Assembly: GCA_964291295.2 (NCBI GenBank)
Contig: OZ219754.1
Coordinates: 1,152,001 to 1,216,000 of the forward strand
Direction: 5' to 3'
Source: an uncultured Candidatus Binatia bacterium
GTDB lineage: Bacteria > Desulfobacterota > Binatia > UBA9968 > JAJDTQ01
DNA length: 64,000 nucleotides
In this document: one piece after another, positions 8,933-19,184 of the stretch
Position numbering within the stretch: position 1 is the first letter of the stretch
Layout: each line of letters begins with the position of its first letter
Notes under the pieces: generated by a model
The model's input: only the letters and a program-made list of their open reading frames with translations
Told to the model about the DNA's origin: nothing
The model's database searches: none
Made by a program: the position numbers and the translations under genes

Positions 8933-10228
8933 TCATCTCCCTCCCCTTCCGCCGCCGAGGGACTGTCCGGGAGAGAACCGTCCGATGACCGCGCGCGCGG
9001 CCGCGCGGCCCGACCGTATGGCGCTCTCGATGGTCGCGGGCAGTCCGGTATCGATCCAGTCCCCGGCCAGGTAGACGTTGCCGAAACGGGTCCGGGTGCC
9101 GGGGCGCAGCCTTGCCTGCGCGGGGGTCTGCGCGAAGGTGGCCTGTTTCTCCTTGACAACGCGGTACGGCGGCACCGGTTCCGGGGCGTGTCCGAGGGCG
9201 GCGGCGACGTCTCGCCAAGTCTGCCGGGCGATGGCGCCGGCCTCCTGGTCGATCATGGTGTCGGCCGCGCTGATGGTGACGGAAGCCACGTCGCCGCGAA
9301 CGAAGAGCCACTGCGCCGTTCCGCCGATCAGCCCGAGGAACGGCAGCGCCGGCGGCAGGCGGGCGGGTTCGGACAGGCGGAAGTGGGCATTGACAATGGC
9401 GTGGCTCCGCTCCGGAACGGTCAGGTCCGGCACCAGGCTGGCCGCGCCCGAAGGCGGCAGCGCCAGGACCACGTTGTCGCCGTGGTCCAGGTTTGCCGTG
9501 GCCGTTCCGAAGTCCAGGCCGTGCGCCCGGTCGACGCCGTAGGCGATGCCGCGCAACCGTGCTCCGAACCGGACCGCGGCCCCGTGCCGGCGCAGGAACT
9601 CCAGGGCAGGGTCCACGAAGGTTGCGGATAGGCCCGTTCGGGCGATTCGCGGCCGGCAGGCGGCTTCGCCCCCGCCGAAGGTCTCGCGCAGCACCGGCCA
9701 CAGCAGGCGCGCGGCGCCTGCCCGCACCGGGCTGTTCAGCACCGCCACCGCCAGAGGTTCCCAGAAGCGCTCGAACAGGACGCCGCGGTCGCCCAGGCAG
9801 TCGGCCACGGTGCGGTCCGCGCCGGCGGTGGCGAGACGGAGAGCCGCCAGATAGTCCCGCACGCGGCTGCCGGGGACGCGCCGCCGTGGGTCCAGGATCC
9901 ACCACGGCAGCCTCCCGGCATTGGGCCGCAGCCGCCAGCGCCGGCCCGTGCGCAGGTCGAGGAAGGGGAAGCAGGCCGGAGAGGGTCCCACCAGCGCGTC
10001 GCCGGCGCCGATGTCCGTCAGATAGCGCAGGGTGGAGCGGTTGCCGCTCAGCAGCAGGTGGTTGCCGTTGTCGATGGCGCGCCCGAGTCGGGTGTCGAAC
10101 CAGGACCGGCAGCGGCCGCCGGCCTGTCCGGCCGCTTCGTGCAGGGTGACGGTCCGCCCCGCGCGGGCGAGCGACACCGCGGTGGAAAGGCCGGCCAGAC
10201 CGGCGCCGATGACGTGAGTCCGGGCCAC
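8933..10228 (-). CDS. hpnE: Hydroxysqualene dehydroxylase HpnE
   Basis: VIGAGLAGLS FAD motif, GGRCRS, IDNGNHLLLSGN, LAGDWIDTGLPATIESAIRSG; directly downstream of hpnD. Confidence 0.93.
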   Translation of the reverse strand: MARTHVIGAGLAGLSTAVSLARAGRTVTLHEAAGQAGGRCRSWFDTRLGRAIDNGNHLLLSGNRSTLRYLTDIGAGDALVGPSPACFPFLDLRTGRRWRLRPNAGRLPWWILDPRRRVPGSRVRDYLAALRLATAGADRTVADCLGDRGVLFERFWEPLAVAVLNSPVRAGAARLLWPVLRETFGGGEAACRPRIARTGLSATFVDPALEFLRRHGAAVRFGARLRGIAYGVDRAHGLDFGTATANLDHGDNVVLALPPSGAASLVPDLTVPERSHAIVNAHFRLSEPARLPPALPFLGLIGGTAQWLFVRGDVASVTISAADTMIDQEAGAIARQTWRDVAAALGHAPEPVPPYRVVKEKQATFAQTPAQARLRPGTRTRFGNVYLAGDWIDTGLPATIESAIRSGRAAARAVIGRFSPGQSLGGGRGGR

Positions 10229-10241
10229 CGGGGGAAGGCCG

Positions 10242-11105
10242 TCAGAGAAGCCCGTGACGCAGGGCGACCCATACCTGGCGCGCCCGGTTGAGCCGGACCG
10301 GGCTGTCGATGCGCGTCCAGCCCCGTTCTTCCAGACACCGGAGCGTCTCCCGGTACACCGCCATCATCAGCACGATGGGCCGCCTCTGGCGCCATCCCAG
10401 CCGGGACAGCAGGCGGTCGGCGCCGGCGTAGTGTTCCCGCGCCAACGCCGCCAGCTCCGCGCACGCCGCGGCAAAGCCGGGATGGCGGCAGACGGCGCTC
10501 GCGGAACTCTCCGCCACCCCGTGCCGCCGCACCATCTCCAGCGGGACATAGAGGCGGTCGATGGCCGCGTCTTCCTTGACGTCGCGCAGAATGTTGGTGA
10601 GCTGCACGGCGTTTCCGAGGGTCTCGGCGATGCGGTAGCCGGGTTCCCGGGGCACTCCGAAGGCGTGGATGGACAGCCGGCCCACCGCGCCGGCCACCTT
10701 GCGGCAGTAGTGCAGCAGTTCGTCCAGCGTGTGCATCCGGACCGTGGCGGCCACGTCGGTCTCCACCCCGTCGATGACGGCGAGGAACGCCTCCCGCGGC
10801 AGTTCGAATCGCCGCACCGGCAGCAACAGCGCCCGGGTGGTGGGCCGGCGCGGCGCGCCCGCGTACAGGTGCGCCACCTCTTCCCGCCAGGCCGCCAGCC
10901 CCCGCCTCTTTTCCGCGGTCGCCGCGGTCTCGTCGGCGATGTCGTCCACCTCGCGGCAGAACGCATAGATGGCGTACATGGCGCGCCGCCGCTCCGCCGG
11001 CAACACCCGCATGCCCCAGAGGAAAGAGGTGCCCGACCGCGCCACCACGCGGCGCACATGGGTCCAGGGTTCGCCGCTGTCGTGCCCGGCGCTATCGGCG
11101 TCCAT
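10242..11105 (-). CDS. hpnD: Presqualene diphosphate synthase HpnD
   Basis: SGTSFLWGM, YAFCREVDDIAD, YCRKVAGAVG, QLTNILRDVKED, RLYVP. Confidence 0.92.
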   Translation of the reverse strand: MDADSAGHDSGEPWTHVRRVVARSGTSFLWGMRVLPAERRRAMYAIYAFCREVDDIADETAATAEKRRGLAAWREEVAHLYAGAPRRPTTRALLLPVRRFELPREAFLAVIDGVETDVAATVRMHTLDELLHYCRKVAGAVGRLSIHAFGVPREPGYRIAETLGNAVQLTNILRDVKEDAAIDRLYVPLEMVRRHGVAESSASAVCRHPGFAAACAELAALAREHYAGADRLLSRLGWRQRRPIVLMMAVYRETLRCLEERGWTRIDSPVRLNRARQVWVALRHGLL

Positions 11106-11973
11106 TGGATGGATTTCGGCGGCGCCTGCCGAACAGCACGCGGCCAATGCCGCGCGCACCGCAGGCCGCCAACTGCGTCCGGGTCAGCACCACTCGTTCG
11201 GCCAGGGGGTCGCGTCGGCGCAATTCCCTGGCGAGCTTGCGGGCGATGGCGACGATGACGGCCGCCTCCATGGCGAATCGCCGGTTGCCCAGTTGCCCGG
11301 GCAGGTGGCCGGCCTGCCGCAGCAGGCTGTGGGTGCGGTCGAGGCAACGGTCCAGCACCTGTCGCAGCGCGGCGCTGGCGCGGTCTGCGCCCAGGGCCTC
11401 CGCGGCAGCGCCCGCGGCGTTCATCCAGTCCCGCGGCAGATAGACCCGATCGAGCGACCGGTAGTCGCCGCCGCAATCCTGCAGGTGGTTGAGCACCTGC
11501 AGGGCGTTGCAGAGAGCATCGGAAGCCGGGTAGGCCGTCGCCGGCTCCCCGTGCAGGTCCACGAGGTAGCGGCCCACCGGAGCGGCCGAGAGGTTGCAGT
11601 ACCTCATCAGGTCATCCCAGTCGTCGTAGCGCCGCTTCACCGCGTCCTGCCTGAACGCCCGGGTCAGGTCCACGAAGTGGCGGTGCGTCACCCCGGTCTC
11701 CGCCAGGCTCCGGCGGAGTTCGTGGGCCTTGCGGAAGGCCGGGTCCGTCGTCTCGGCACCGCTCACGGCCGCGGCGAAGCCCTCCAGGCGGACGACCTTG
11801 TCGGAGGGCTCCAGGTCGGGGTTGTCGGCGATGTCGTCGATGGCCCGGGCGCAAGCGTAGAAGGCTGCGATGTGCGGCCGCAGCCGCGCCGGCAAAAGCC
11901 GGGAGCCGACGGGGAAATTTTCGTCCGCCGCAACCTTGCCGGACGGTGTCTCAATGGTGGCTGAATCGGCCAT
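11092..11973 (-). CDS. hpnC: Hydroxysqualene synthase HpnC
   Basis: ENFPVGS, DDIAD, AFRQD, YCNLSAAPVGR, LQVLNHLQD, RVYLP; start ATG 11973. Confidence 0.92.
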   Translation of the reverse strand: MADSATIETPSGKVAADENFPVGSRLLPARLRPHIAAFYACARAIDDIADNPDLEPSDKVVRLEGFAAAVSGAETTDPAFRKAHELRRSLAETGVTHRHFVDLTRAFRQDAVKRRYDDWDDLMRYCNLSAAPVGRYLVDLHGEPATAYPASDALCNALQVLNHLQDCGGDYRSLDRVYLPRDWMNAAGAAAEALGADRASAALRQVLDRCLDRTHSLLRQAGHLPGQLGNRRFAMEAAVIVAIARKLARELRRRDPLAERVVLTRTQLAACGARGIGRVLFGRRRRNPSNGRR

Positions 11974-12336
11974 CGGATATTCAAGAGGAAAATGCGCGGG
12001 GAAACTGCGCCTGCTGCAAGCGCCTGCCGCAGCGTACGAGCTGCGCAGGCTATCACGAAGGGAACCGCGTGTCAGCCTGAACAAGGGGAGCTGAGGACAG
12101 GGGAACTGAGGACATTCCCACGCTGCGGCGATGCGGATGAAGCAGGCCGGTTGCGGATCGATGGGTGCCCGCACCGATTCGAGAAGAGGGGGTATCAGGC
12201 TAAATCAAATCGCAAATTTGAAATAGCGCGAACTTGAACAGACCCATCCGATTCCATTCGGTGTCGGGTGGTGAGAGATCATGCCGGTCTCGTCGAGGAT
12301 TAGCCGCCGGCCTTCGGGAGGTTCCGGTATTCTGAA

Positions 12337-12370
12337 TTACGCTATTGAGCAATTTTGCTCAATAGCGTAA
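12337..12370. promoter_or_regulatory. Perfect 16-bp inverted repeat, putative operator
   Basis: TTACGCTATTGAGCAA-TT-TTGCTCAATAGCGTAA, AT-rich, ending 9 bp before the ATG at 12380. Confidence 0.75.
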
Positions 12371-12379
12371 AATTGAAGG

Positions 12380-13636
12380 ATGGCGTCCTTTGAACGACCC
12401 CACCTTGTCACTCTTCTTTGCCGATTGGGCGAGGCTCCGCGGCGGTTGATCCTGATCGCCGGGCCGCGGCAGGTGGGCAAAACCACGCTGATCGAGCAGG
12501 CAAAGGAAAAGCTCGACCGCGACCTTCTGCTTGTGCGCGTGGACGAGCCCGGATCGAGATACTTGCCTGCCACAGCCGCCGATACTGCCGCTGCAGGCCC
12601 GGTGCCGCGGGAACCGGACGGGAGATGGCTCGCGGACTTGTGGGAGCGGGCTCGACGGGACGCCGACCGGTCGGAACGGGGGCTTGTGCTGGCACTCGAC
12701 GAAATTCAGAAAGTGCCGGACTGGTCGGAAATCGTCAAAGGCCTCTGGGATGCAGACCGCTACGAGCAACGCCGTTTGCATGTCATCCTGTCAGGTTCAG
12801 CGCCACTGTTGATGCAGCAGGGCCTGACCGAGAGCTTGCAGGGGCGCTTCGAGACCATCCAGCTCAAGCACTGGTCTTTTACCGAAATGGCCGCGGCGTT
12901 CGGTGTTGACGTGGATCGATATGTCTACTTCGGCGGTTGGCCGGGTGCGGCAGGCTACATGCACGACCACGGTCGCTGGCAGGACTACCTGGTACGAGCG
13001 TTGATGGAGCCCAACATCGAGCGTGACATTCTGGCCATGCAACGAGTCGACAAGCCCGCGTTGTTGAAACGGCTGTTCGAGGTCGGCGCCACATCCTCCG
13101 GACAGATTCTGTCCTACAGAAAATTGCAGGGTCAACTCCAGGACGCGGGCAACACCACGACCTTGGCCCGCTATCTCGACCTGCTGGAGAAGGCAGGTTT
13201 GATCGCAGGCTTGCAGAACTACCGTGCCGGCATCGATCGATTCAGGGCTTCCAGCCCGAAGCTCAACGTGCTCAACACCGCGTTGATGTCGGCCCTGTCC
13301 GGTTACACGTTCGAGGAAGCCCGTGCGGATCGAACCTTCTGGGGACGTCTGGTGGAAAGCGCCGTCGGCGCCCACCTCTGGAACAGCGCCGCTGCGCCGA
13401 CCCGCCTCTGGTACTGGCGGCGACACGGCTCCGAGGTGGACTTCGTGCTGGAACGAGGGCCGCGGTTGGCGGCATTCGAGGTCAAGAGTGGTGAGGGATC
13501 TGCCGGCCGGCGCAGGCTGGAAGGCTTCCGTGAGCACTATAGTCACCGCCCGGTGAAAGCCGAGACGGTCGGCGGCGACGGTGTACCGTTGGCAGAGTTC
13601 CTGGCAACTCACGCGGACGACTGGTTCAGGACATGA
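12380..13636 (+). CDS. AAA+ ATPase (AAA_14) with DUF4143 C-terminal domain
   Basis: Walker A GPRQVGKT, Walker B LALDEIQ, SGSA, SLQGR, GGWPG, GRLVESAV, YWRR..EVDFV..FEVKSG (PD-(D/E)XK-like). Confidence 0.9.
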   Translation: MASFERPHLVTLLCRLGEAPRRLILIAGPRQVGKTTLIEQAKEKLDRDLLLVRVDEPGSRYLPATAADTAAAGPVPREPDGRWLADLWERARRDADRSERGLVLALDEIQKVPDWSEIVKGLWDADRYEQRRLHVILSGSAPLLMQQGLTESLQGRFETIQLKHWSFTEMAAAFGVDVDRYVYFGGWPGAAGYMHDHGRWQDYLVRALMEPNIERDILAMQRVDKPALLKRLFEVGATSSGQILSYRKLQGQLQDAGNTTTLARYLDLLEKAGLIAGLQNYRAGIDRFRASSPKLNVLNTALMSALSGYTFEEARADRTFWGRLVESAVGAHLWNSAAAPTRLWYWRRHGSEVDFVLERGPRLAAFEVKSGEGSAGRRRLEGFREHYSHRPVKAETVGGDGVPLAEFLATHADDWFRT

Positions 13637-16600
13637 TGGACAGATACGTTGACCGCACCTGCACCGCAGTGACGGACGATGACGGTGGTATGGAGCAGCC
13701 CTTGTCCGGACCTCTCGCGGATTTTCAGGACTTTAGCGCCTACGTACTGTTGGCAGCGCCTGGCGCAGGCAAGACGGCAGCCTTCAGGCACGAGGCCGGC
13801 GAGCAGGGAATCTGCGACGCTCGCGACTTAATGTGCCTGGATCTGAAGCGCTGGTCGGGCGTGCAGCCGCTGTTCATTGACGGCCTCGACGAGGTGCGGG
13901 CCGGATCAAGCGACGGGCGAACTGCGCTGGACGTGATTCGAGGAAAACTCGACGAACTGGGACGGCCCCGGTTCCGACTCTCCTGTCGAGAGGCGGACTG
14001 GTTCGGGGCGGCAGACCGGATGCGCCTCGAGTCGGTATCCCGCGACGGCGTTGTCAAGGTCCTGCGTCTGGATCCCCTGACAGAAGATGGCATTCGCAAG
14101 ATATTGAAGGGGAAAGGCGTCGCGGATATCAGCGGTTTCATGGACGAGGCGAGGGCACGCGGGCTTGGAGCGTTACTTTCGAACCCTGCAACGCTGGAGT
14201 TGCTGGCGGCTGCTGCGAGACGTGGCAACTGGCCGGCAACGCGAAAAGAGACATTCGAAGCAGCATGTGGTGAACTCATCCGCGAACTCAATCGGGAACA
14301 CCTCCAGGCGTTTCCCCAACCAACCGATTCGGAGTTGCTTCGCACGGCAGGCCGTCTGTGCGCGATACTACTGCTGAGTGGCATCACAGGTTATCGTCAA
14401 ACAGATAATCGTCAGGCGGGTCATCGTCCAGCCACGAAAGATGGCGATTCGGTCAGTTACATTGACCTGAAGGAAATTCCGGACCCGGACCCGGAGCGGG
14501 GGATTCTGCCGGCCACGCTACGCACCCGGATATTCAATGTCACCAGCGGATTGGCCAGCCCCGTTCACCGGCACGTCGCCGAGTTTCTGGCGGGGCGATA
14601 CCTCTCGCACCTTGTCGATGAGGGTCTGCCGGTACAGCGCGTGCTTGCCCTGTTTACCGGCAATGATGGTCAAGTCGTTGCGACGTTTCGCGGCCTGGCC
14701 GCCTGGTTTGCCGCCCATTGCAAGGGAACACGCCCGGAAATCATGGAACGGGATCCGTTGGGCACCGTCGTGTACGGTGACGTGAGGGATTTCTCCGTCT
14801 CCGACAAACGCCTGTTGCTGCGCCGCCTGGAGCAGGATGCGGAGTGCGACCCTGGGGTGTTCGGCGCAATGCATGATCTGGATTCGCGATGGGCGGACCT
14901 TGCCACGCCGGGCATGGAAGAGACGTTCCGGGAAATTCTGACGGGCGTGGGACGAAGCCAGGGGAATCAGACGGTGGCGCTGGCCGTGCTCAGGTCGCTT
15001 GAGCGCGATGCCGTCATTCCGGGCGTTGCCCCCATGTTGCTGGATGCCGTCCGGGACGGCAGCCGTTGGCCCGCCGTCAGGAGCGCTGCGCTTGAAGCCC
15101 ATGTGCGCCAGTCCCGCAACGACGATGAAGCACAGGGCAAGCTGAAGGCGCTGTTGGCCGATGTGTACACGGGAACTGTCCCCGATCCACTGGACGACCT
15201 GCTCGGGCTCTTGCTGAAACGGCTCTATCCAAAGCTGCTCCCGTCTGCCGAAGTCGGCCGATACTTGCGGGAACCCAAGAGCGCGGTCATCACACGGTAT
15301 GCCGCGTTCTGGAACCATGACATCGTCGAGCAATCCACGGACCCTCGCCAGTTGGCCGGTGTCCTGGATTCGCTGGCCGCAAACGTTCAAGGGTTGGACG
15401 AGAGCGTTGAAAACGTGGGAGAGACCCAAGACGGTGCGCCCGTGTCGCACTGGCTGCGCGCGATCCCGGCCAAGCTTCTGGCCAGGTACTTGGGGGATTC
15501 GTGCACGGTTGACCACGAACGCCTGTTTGGCTGGCTCGGCCTCGCGTCCAAAGGGCCTGGCTGCGATGCCCGAGCCTCTATCCGTGCATGGCTCGGCGAC
15601 CATCCCGCCGCCTACAAGGCTGTGGTCCGTCTGGCCGTGGATCGCCCAGCGGATTCATCTCAACTCCATTGCGAAGTGCATATGCGCCTCTTCTCGGCAG
15701 GCGAACCTGCGGACTTCGGCGCATGGTGTCTCACCCAGGCTATTGAGACCGAGCCGAACACCGAGGCGGCCACGGAGTTCTTTCTGGCCAATGTCATCGC
15801 ACGGCAGGACGACGAAGGAATTTCCTGCGAAGCTGTCGAAAAGCGTCTGGCGCGTGATCCCGTTCTGGTGGCCCGCTACAGGGATCTGCGAGAAAATCGA
15901 ATGCGTGCGCTTTCCAACTCAAAGTCCCGGCAGAGCAAAGCGGAACAGCGACGCGAAACAGAAGCGGAGCAGCGCCGCCAGGAGTGGCGCGCCGTCTTCC
16001 AGGAGCACGCGCCGGCGTTGCGAGAGAACCGGGCAAAGCCGGCGCTGTTGCACCATCTGGCGTCCACTTGGCTCGGCCAGTGCGTTGACGTGCAAGGCGC
16101 CGACGGGCGCGCGCGCCTTCGAGAGTTGCTGGGCGAGGACGATCTGGTGGATTTGACAATCCAGGCATTCCGGGACTCGACCACACGAGCAGATCTGCCC
16201 GGCATGACGGAGATCTTTCGCCTCGCGGATGAGCAGGAGCAACATTTTCTGATGTTGCCGTTGCTCGTGGGGTTGGACGAGCTCCCTTCACTTCGACCCG
16301 GCGAGGCACCGCTTGACGAGCAAGGCATGCTCCGGGCCCTGGCCTTTCGCTTCAATGCGCCGGATCTCTGGAACCTGGAACCACAGTGGTATCGGTCCGT
16401 GCTGAAGTCCCGCCCCGACCTGGTGGCCCAGGTGCTGATGCGATCCGTTCGCGCCAGGCTGCGGCGGGGTACGGGGTCGGGTCCCGGTCTTCATGAACTG
16501 GGTCACGACAACGACTACGGGGCGGTTGCCGAGAAGGTCGTCATGCCGCTGCTGAAATCCTTCCCGACCCGTCAAAAGGCGGATCAGCGGCATGTACTGA

Positions 16601-17760
16601 AAGTGCTGCTCCACGCCGCGTCTCGTCACATCGGCAGCAACGTCCTGCTGGAGGCCGTGGAGAGCAAGCTCAAGCTCCACAGCATGGACGCCGCACAGGA
16701 GATATACTGGATATGCACCGGTCTGCTCGCGAAACCGGCGCGTTTCGTGGACCGGTTGCGGCAAAAGCTCAACGGGCGGGGTTGCGAACGGCGCGTGCGG
16801 CACTTTGCCGCCTTTCTGTACGATCGTGACATGTCGTCCCTTGAAGCCCTCGACATCCCCGCACTGGAACTGCTCATCGAATCCCTCGGCAAAGCGTACC
16901 GGCCCATGGACTGGCCCGACCCGGATTCCAGGAGGACGGCAGCCATGGCGGGGGGAGACTCGGCTTACACGGGACTGATCGTTGATTCACTTGTCAGTGC
17001 ACTGTCTTCGAAACCGTCCCGCGACGCTGCGGCCGCACTCCAACGCCTGTCCGAACAAGACACTCTGCGTCCCTGGCAATTCAAGTTGCGGGATGCCACG
17101 AGCCGGCAGAGGGACGTGAGCCGGGAAGCCGAGTTCCGCCACCCGTCCGTCAAACAGGTGCTGGAGACTCTTGACAACCGAACTCCGGCCAATGCAGCCG
17201 ACTTGGCGGCCTTGACATCCGACATATTGGACAGCCTGGGAAGGGAGATTCACGACGGCATCACTTCGGACTGGCGACAATATTGGAACGTCGATTCATA
17301 CAACAGAGCAGATGAACCGAAGCCGGAAAACGCCTGTCGGGACGCACTGCTGTCCGACTTGAAGCAAAGACTGATCCAAAAAGGCGTGGATGCCCAGCCC
17401 GAAGGAATTTGCGCCAACGACAAGCGAGCGGATATCCGCGTCTCATACGACGGCTTCAGCGTGCCGATCGAGATCAAGAAAAGCGATCGTCCGGAACTCT
17501 GGACAGCGCTCCGCGCCCAACTGATTACCAAGTACATACGCACTCCCGACTGCGACGGCTTTGGCATCTATTTGGTGTTCTGGTTCGGCCGCAACCGTTG
17601 TAAAATGCTACGAACCGGACCTGTGCCCGAGAACTGTGAAGACCTTCAGAAGCAGTTGATTGCGAAAGCCGGTCTCTCTGACGAGGAACGCCGCAGGATC
17701 TCCGTCTGCGTTATCGACGTGTCGAAACCACCGCCGCAATCCGACGCCATCCGGGCATGA
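13633..17760 (+). CDS. Large STAND/NACHT-like NTPase with C-terminal PD-(D/E)XK nuclease-like domain (putative anti-phage protein)
   Basis: Walker A AAPGAGKT, Walker B LFIDGLDE, RLSCREADW, NPATLELL, HRHVAEFLAG, long helical middle, C-terminal ENACRD...RADIRV...PIEIKK...QL..Y...GIYLVFWFG. Start overlaps the upstream stop (ATGA). Confidence 0.78.
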   Translation: MMDRYVDRTCTAVTDDDGGMEQPLSGPLADFQDFSAYVLLAAPGAGKTAAFRHEAGEQGICDARDLMCLDLKRWSGVQPLFIDGLDEVRAGSSDGRTALDVIRGKLDELGRPRFRLSCREADWFGAADRMRLESVSRDGVVKVLRLDPLTEDGIRKILKGKGVADISGFMDEARARGLGALLSNPATLELLAAAARRGNWPATRKETFEAACGELIRELNREHLQAFPQPTDSELLRTAGRLCAILLLSGITGYRQTDNRQAGHRPATKDGDSVSYIDLKEIPDPDPERGILPATLRTRIFNVTSGLASPVHRHVAEFLAGRYLSHLVDEGLPVQRVLALFTGNDGQVVATFRGLAAWFAAHCKGTRPEIMERDPLGTVVYGDVRDFSVSDKRLLLRRLEQDAECDPGVFGAMHDLDSRWADLATPGMEETFREILTGVGRSQGNQTVALAVLRSLERDAVIPGVAPMLLDAVRDGSRWPAVRSAALEAHVRQSRNDDEAQGKLKALLADVYTGTVPDPLDDLLGLLLKRLYPKLLPSAEVGRYLREPKSAVITRYAAFWNHDIVEQSTDPRQLAGVLDSLAANVQGLDESVENVGETQDGAPVSHWLRAIPAKLLARYLGDSCTVDHERLFGWLGLASKGPGCDARASIRAWLGDHPAAYKAVVRLAVDRPADSSQLHCEVHMRLFSAGEPADFGAWCLTQAIETEPNTEAATEFFLANVIARQDDEGISCEAVEKRLARDPVLVARYRDLRENRMRALSNSKSRQSKAEQRRETEAEQRRQEWRAVFQEHAPALRENRAKPALLHHLASTWLGQCVDVQGADGRARLRELLGEDDLVDLTIQAFRDSTTRADLPGMTEIFRLADEQEQHFLMLPLLVGLDELPSLRPGEAPLDEQGMLRALAFRFNAPDLWNLEPQWYRSVLKSRPDLVAQVLMRSVRARLRRGTGSGPGLHELGHDNDYGAVAEKVVMPLLKSFPTRQKADQRHVLKVLLHAASRHIGSNVLLEAVESKLKLHSMDAAQEIYWICTGLLAKPARFVDRLRQKLNGRGCERRVRHFAAFLYDRDMSSLEALDIPALELLIESLGKAYRPMDWPDPDSRRTAAMAGGDSAYTGLIVDSLVSALSSKPSRDAAAALQRLSEQDTLRPWQFKLRDATSRQRDVSREAEFRHPSVKQVLETLDNRTPANAADLAALTSDILDSLGREIHDGITSDWRQYWNVDSYNRADEPKPENACRDALLSDLKQRLIQKGVDAQPEGICANDKRADIRVSYDGFSVPIEIKKSDRPELWTALRAQLITKYIRTPDCDGFGIYLVFWFGRNRCKMLRTGPVPENCEDLQKQLIAKAGLSDEERRRISVCVIDVSKPPPQSDAIRA

Positions 17761-18254
17761 ACGGAACGGTCCGCACCTGTCGTGCCGTGAGCAGGCAGAC
17801 GTTCCTTGACGGCTTTCCATTCGATATTCACACCGCTGTTCACCCAAGAGCCCTTTGCGTGAATCCCGACAGGTGGAACCGCCAGAATCAGGATGGATCG
17901 GACAATGGGGTAGATTTCTTTCCTGTCTGGTTGCAATATCCGAATATGTCCCTGGATGGCTCTCGCCAAGCCTCATCACGCAAGCCGCTTCTGTCGCCAT
18001 ATGCGGCCCTTGCCGGGTTCGAGGCCCACACCGGCATTCGGGCGTTGACGACGCGTTCGACTCCGGACAGAGTCTTGAAGCTGGTCTGCTGGCGTGCCTT
18101 GGATGTACCCTCCGTCTCAGGTACGGCGACTCCCGGATACAGGTCGTCAAGCTTGCACCCGGGCGGCGCCCCGAACTGAACGGGGAGGCTGTCCCCTCGC
18201 CACCGCTGCTGTCGGGGCGCGACCCCGGGGCGGCATTGCCGACCAGGAGAAACC

Positions 18255-19142
18255 ATGATGGCATCTCCGTCCAGCGATCTCTTTCGCGTCACCCTTCTGG
18301 GCACGGGTGCGCCGCCGCCGATGCTCGACCGGTTCGGGCCCGGTACGCTGGTGGAGGCGGGTGGCGAGAAGTTCCTGTTCGACGCGGGACGCGGCGCGTT
18401 GCAACGGCTGCACCAACTCGGTATTCCCTTCGGCGACATCACCGGCCTGTTCCTCACCCATCACCATTCGGACCATGTGGTGGGTTTCGTCGATCTCTGG
18501 CTCACCGGCTGGATCGGCCGGCCCTGGGGCAGGCGCACGGTGCCGCTCAAGGTCTGGGGGCCCGATGGCACGAACCAGATGGCCAAGCACCTGCCGCTCG
18601 CCTTTGCCACCGACATCCGCGTCCGCAGCCACAGCTACCCCGCAGAGGGCGTGAAGCTGGAATCCAGCGAAATCGAGGAGGGGGTCGTGTACGAGGCCGG
18701 CGACCTCCGGGTCACCGCCTTCCAGGTCGATCACGGCGGCGAGCAGCTTGACGCCTTCGGCTACCGCATCGACTACAAGGGCCGCGCCGCGGTCCTGTCC
18801 GGCGACACCACTTTCAACGAAAACCTTATCGCCCATTCGCGGGGCGTGGACCTGCTGGTGCACGAGGTGACCCACGGCATGGGCCGGGGCGTCGAACGCG
18901 CCAATCTGGAAAGGATCCGGCGGAACCACACCCTGCCGGAGGAGGCCGGCGTCGTGTTCACCCGCACCCGGCCCGGACTCGCCGTCTACACGCACCTTCT
19001 GCTGTTCGGCGAAGCGACCCCCGGCGACCTGATCCCGGCAACCCGTGCGACCTACGACGGACCGCTGCTCGTCGGCAAGGACGCGATGCAGTTCGACATC
19101 GGCGAAGAGGTGCGGATGAGCCGGTTCGCATCCTCGGCCTGA
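18255..19142 (+). CDS. MBL-fold metallohydrolase (RNase Z/arylsulfatase-like)
   Basis: LLGTGAP, LFDAGRG, THHHSDH, VDH, SGDT, LLVHE, NHT, YTH; AGGAG RBS. Confidence 0.9.
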   Translation: MMASPSSDLFRVTLLGTGAPPPMLDRFGPGTLVEAGGEKFLFDAGRGALQRLHQLGIPFGDITGLFLTHHHSDHVVGFVDLWLTGWIGRPWGRRTVPLKVWGPDGTNQMAKHLPLAFATDIRVRSHSYPAEGVKLESSEIEEGVVYEAGDLRVTAFQVDHGGEQLDAFGYRIDYKGRAAVLSGDTTFNENLIAHSRGVDLLVHEVTHGMGRGVERANLERIRRNHTLPEEAGVVFTRTRPGLAVYTHLLLFGEATPGDLIPATRATYDGPLLVGKDAMQFDIGEEVRMSRFASSA

Positions 19143-19184
19143 TGAGCCGCGGCGCAGGCACCGGAGTCCCCGAAGGAGACGGAC

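Noticed and set aside
17761-18254. Small ORFs downstream of the STAND gene as a third system component
   Set aside because: The overlapping candidates on both strands lack motifs and clear RBSs.
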